A DNA stretch of 64,000 nt, from assembly GCF_016433145.1 (NCBI RefSeq), contig NC_058133.1:112060184-112124183 (forward strand). Reading direction: 5' to 3'. Both the position numbers and the translations under genes were made by a program. Shown here piece after piece: positions 63,506-64,000 of the stretch. Numbering within the stretch: the stretch's first letter is position 1; every line of letters begins with the position of its first letter. The stretch is from Gracilinanus agilis (Eukaryota). A model generated the notes under the pieces. The model was given only the letters and a program-made list of their open reading frames with translations, was not told the origin of the DNA and did not search any database.

Positions 63506-63553
63506 GAACAACTGTTACTTCTCAAACAAAGCCACCTGTCTCAAGACAACCAG
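63506..63553 (+). CDS. CD55/CD46-like: Exon 9: STP mini-exon 2 (GTTVTSQTKPPVSRQP)
   Basis: cttttctag acceptor, 48 nt, phase 1-1, shares KPPVS with CD46 STP-C (GPRPTYKPPVSNYP); same GTTCAG donor as exon 8. Confidence 0.8.
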
Positions 63554-64000
63554 GTTCAGTAATTCTTCATTTAGCATTTTTTGTATAAATCTTACTTTGT
63601 TATGATGCTATTCACCCACCATCTTTTATACCCCTAAGCATTAGAACAATAGAAGTGATAGTATTAAGATAAAAATTGGGAGTCTGGCTGGAGGTTTATT
63701 ATGGTTTATTGTTAGAAAGTAACAATTGAGAGCTGAGAGACTGAGAAGCTGAAGGTAGGTTGATCTTAAAGAAAGCTTACCCTAAATATGGCGTTTCCAT
63801 TTAGCTAACTTCCCCAGCAGCAATGAGGGCCAAACTTTGAAGTAAAGAGAGAGCTTGTGCTTCCTGGATCAAGACTAATATAATCCCCTAACTTCTCCCT
63901 CCATAGTGACATTGCATGCTGAAGGTCAGGCTAATGCCAAATGCTTAGGTTGGAGGTGAGGGGTGGAGGTAATTTTCCTCACACAATCCTAATACCCACC

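Larger units (their letters stand above)
32450..63553 (+). other. CD55/CD46-like: RCA-family membrane complement regulator gene, 5 CCP domains + STP region (CD55/CD46 composite); 9 coding exons in window, 3' end beyond window
   Basis: Spliced translation: MGACPRRGAWLLWALALLGLPRVRG-NCSTPPTIPYAHPEESYDADKTFGDGDTITYKCDTGYAKIPGKSNSVTCQGAEWSKIPQFCN-RSCDQPPRYNTMQPDSAFINKNYFPINSTVTFVCRPGHSLSKLGPLVSTCQDDGTWSPISESCK-KKPCPTPEALDNGRIITPTDLLFGSEIEYFCNEGYRLIGDAVRLCAISNNQVLWSGEPPFCE-IVSCLPPPNIDNGKHNGGHENVFTYGEAVTYQCDLRAQDKFSLIGEATITCAENGDWNKPPPECK-VVKCTTPYVPNAVQISGFGSSHTYKDTIFFECKEGYILQNNSKITCEADNKWKPALPICTK-APVLPSSQAPPATSSP-GTTVTSQTKPPVSRQP-G. Each CCP has 4 Cys + Trp. Phase-1 introns lie between domains and a phase-2 intron splits CCP3, as is typical of RCA genes. 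Orthology (CD55 vs CD46) not resolved. Confidence 0.95.

Overview
Marsupial genomic DNA, most likely an opossum (Monodelphis-like). This is inferred from SINE1_Mdo-type and MAR1-type SINEs and marsupial L1/L2/RTE/LTR content; family names are from memory, not a database search. The window is AT-rich and repeat-dense, with one 153-N gap (28548-28700). Main feature: a + strand regulator-of-complement-activation (RCA) gene starting in a CpG island at 32450 and running off the right end. I assembled nine coding exons by hand (73+189+192+100+86+195+183+48+48 nt), all GT-AG and in one open frame. They encode a signal peptide, FIVE sushi/CCP domains and two Ser/Thr/Pro mini-exons. The leader and CCP1-3 look like CD55 (DAF); CCP4-5 and the STP exons look like CD46 (MCP). 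Eutherian CD55 and CD46 each have only four CCPs, so this is a DAF/MCP composite architecture. The membrane-anchor exons lie outside the window. The left half holds a candidate unannotated - strand multi-exon gene (about 7882 to 4355) with an RFX X-box beside its ATG and an exon apparently split by an LTR-like insert. It also holds a decayed YBX3-like retrocopy and a 7SL retrocopy. Three hAT MITEs, several solo LTRs, and an internally deleted L1 nested in an L2 are also present. Most ORF-track entries are spurious or repeat-derived; the real exons are mostly too short to appear in it.
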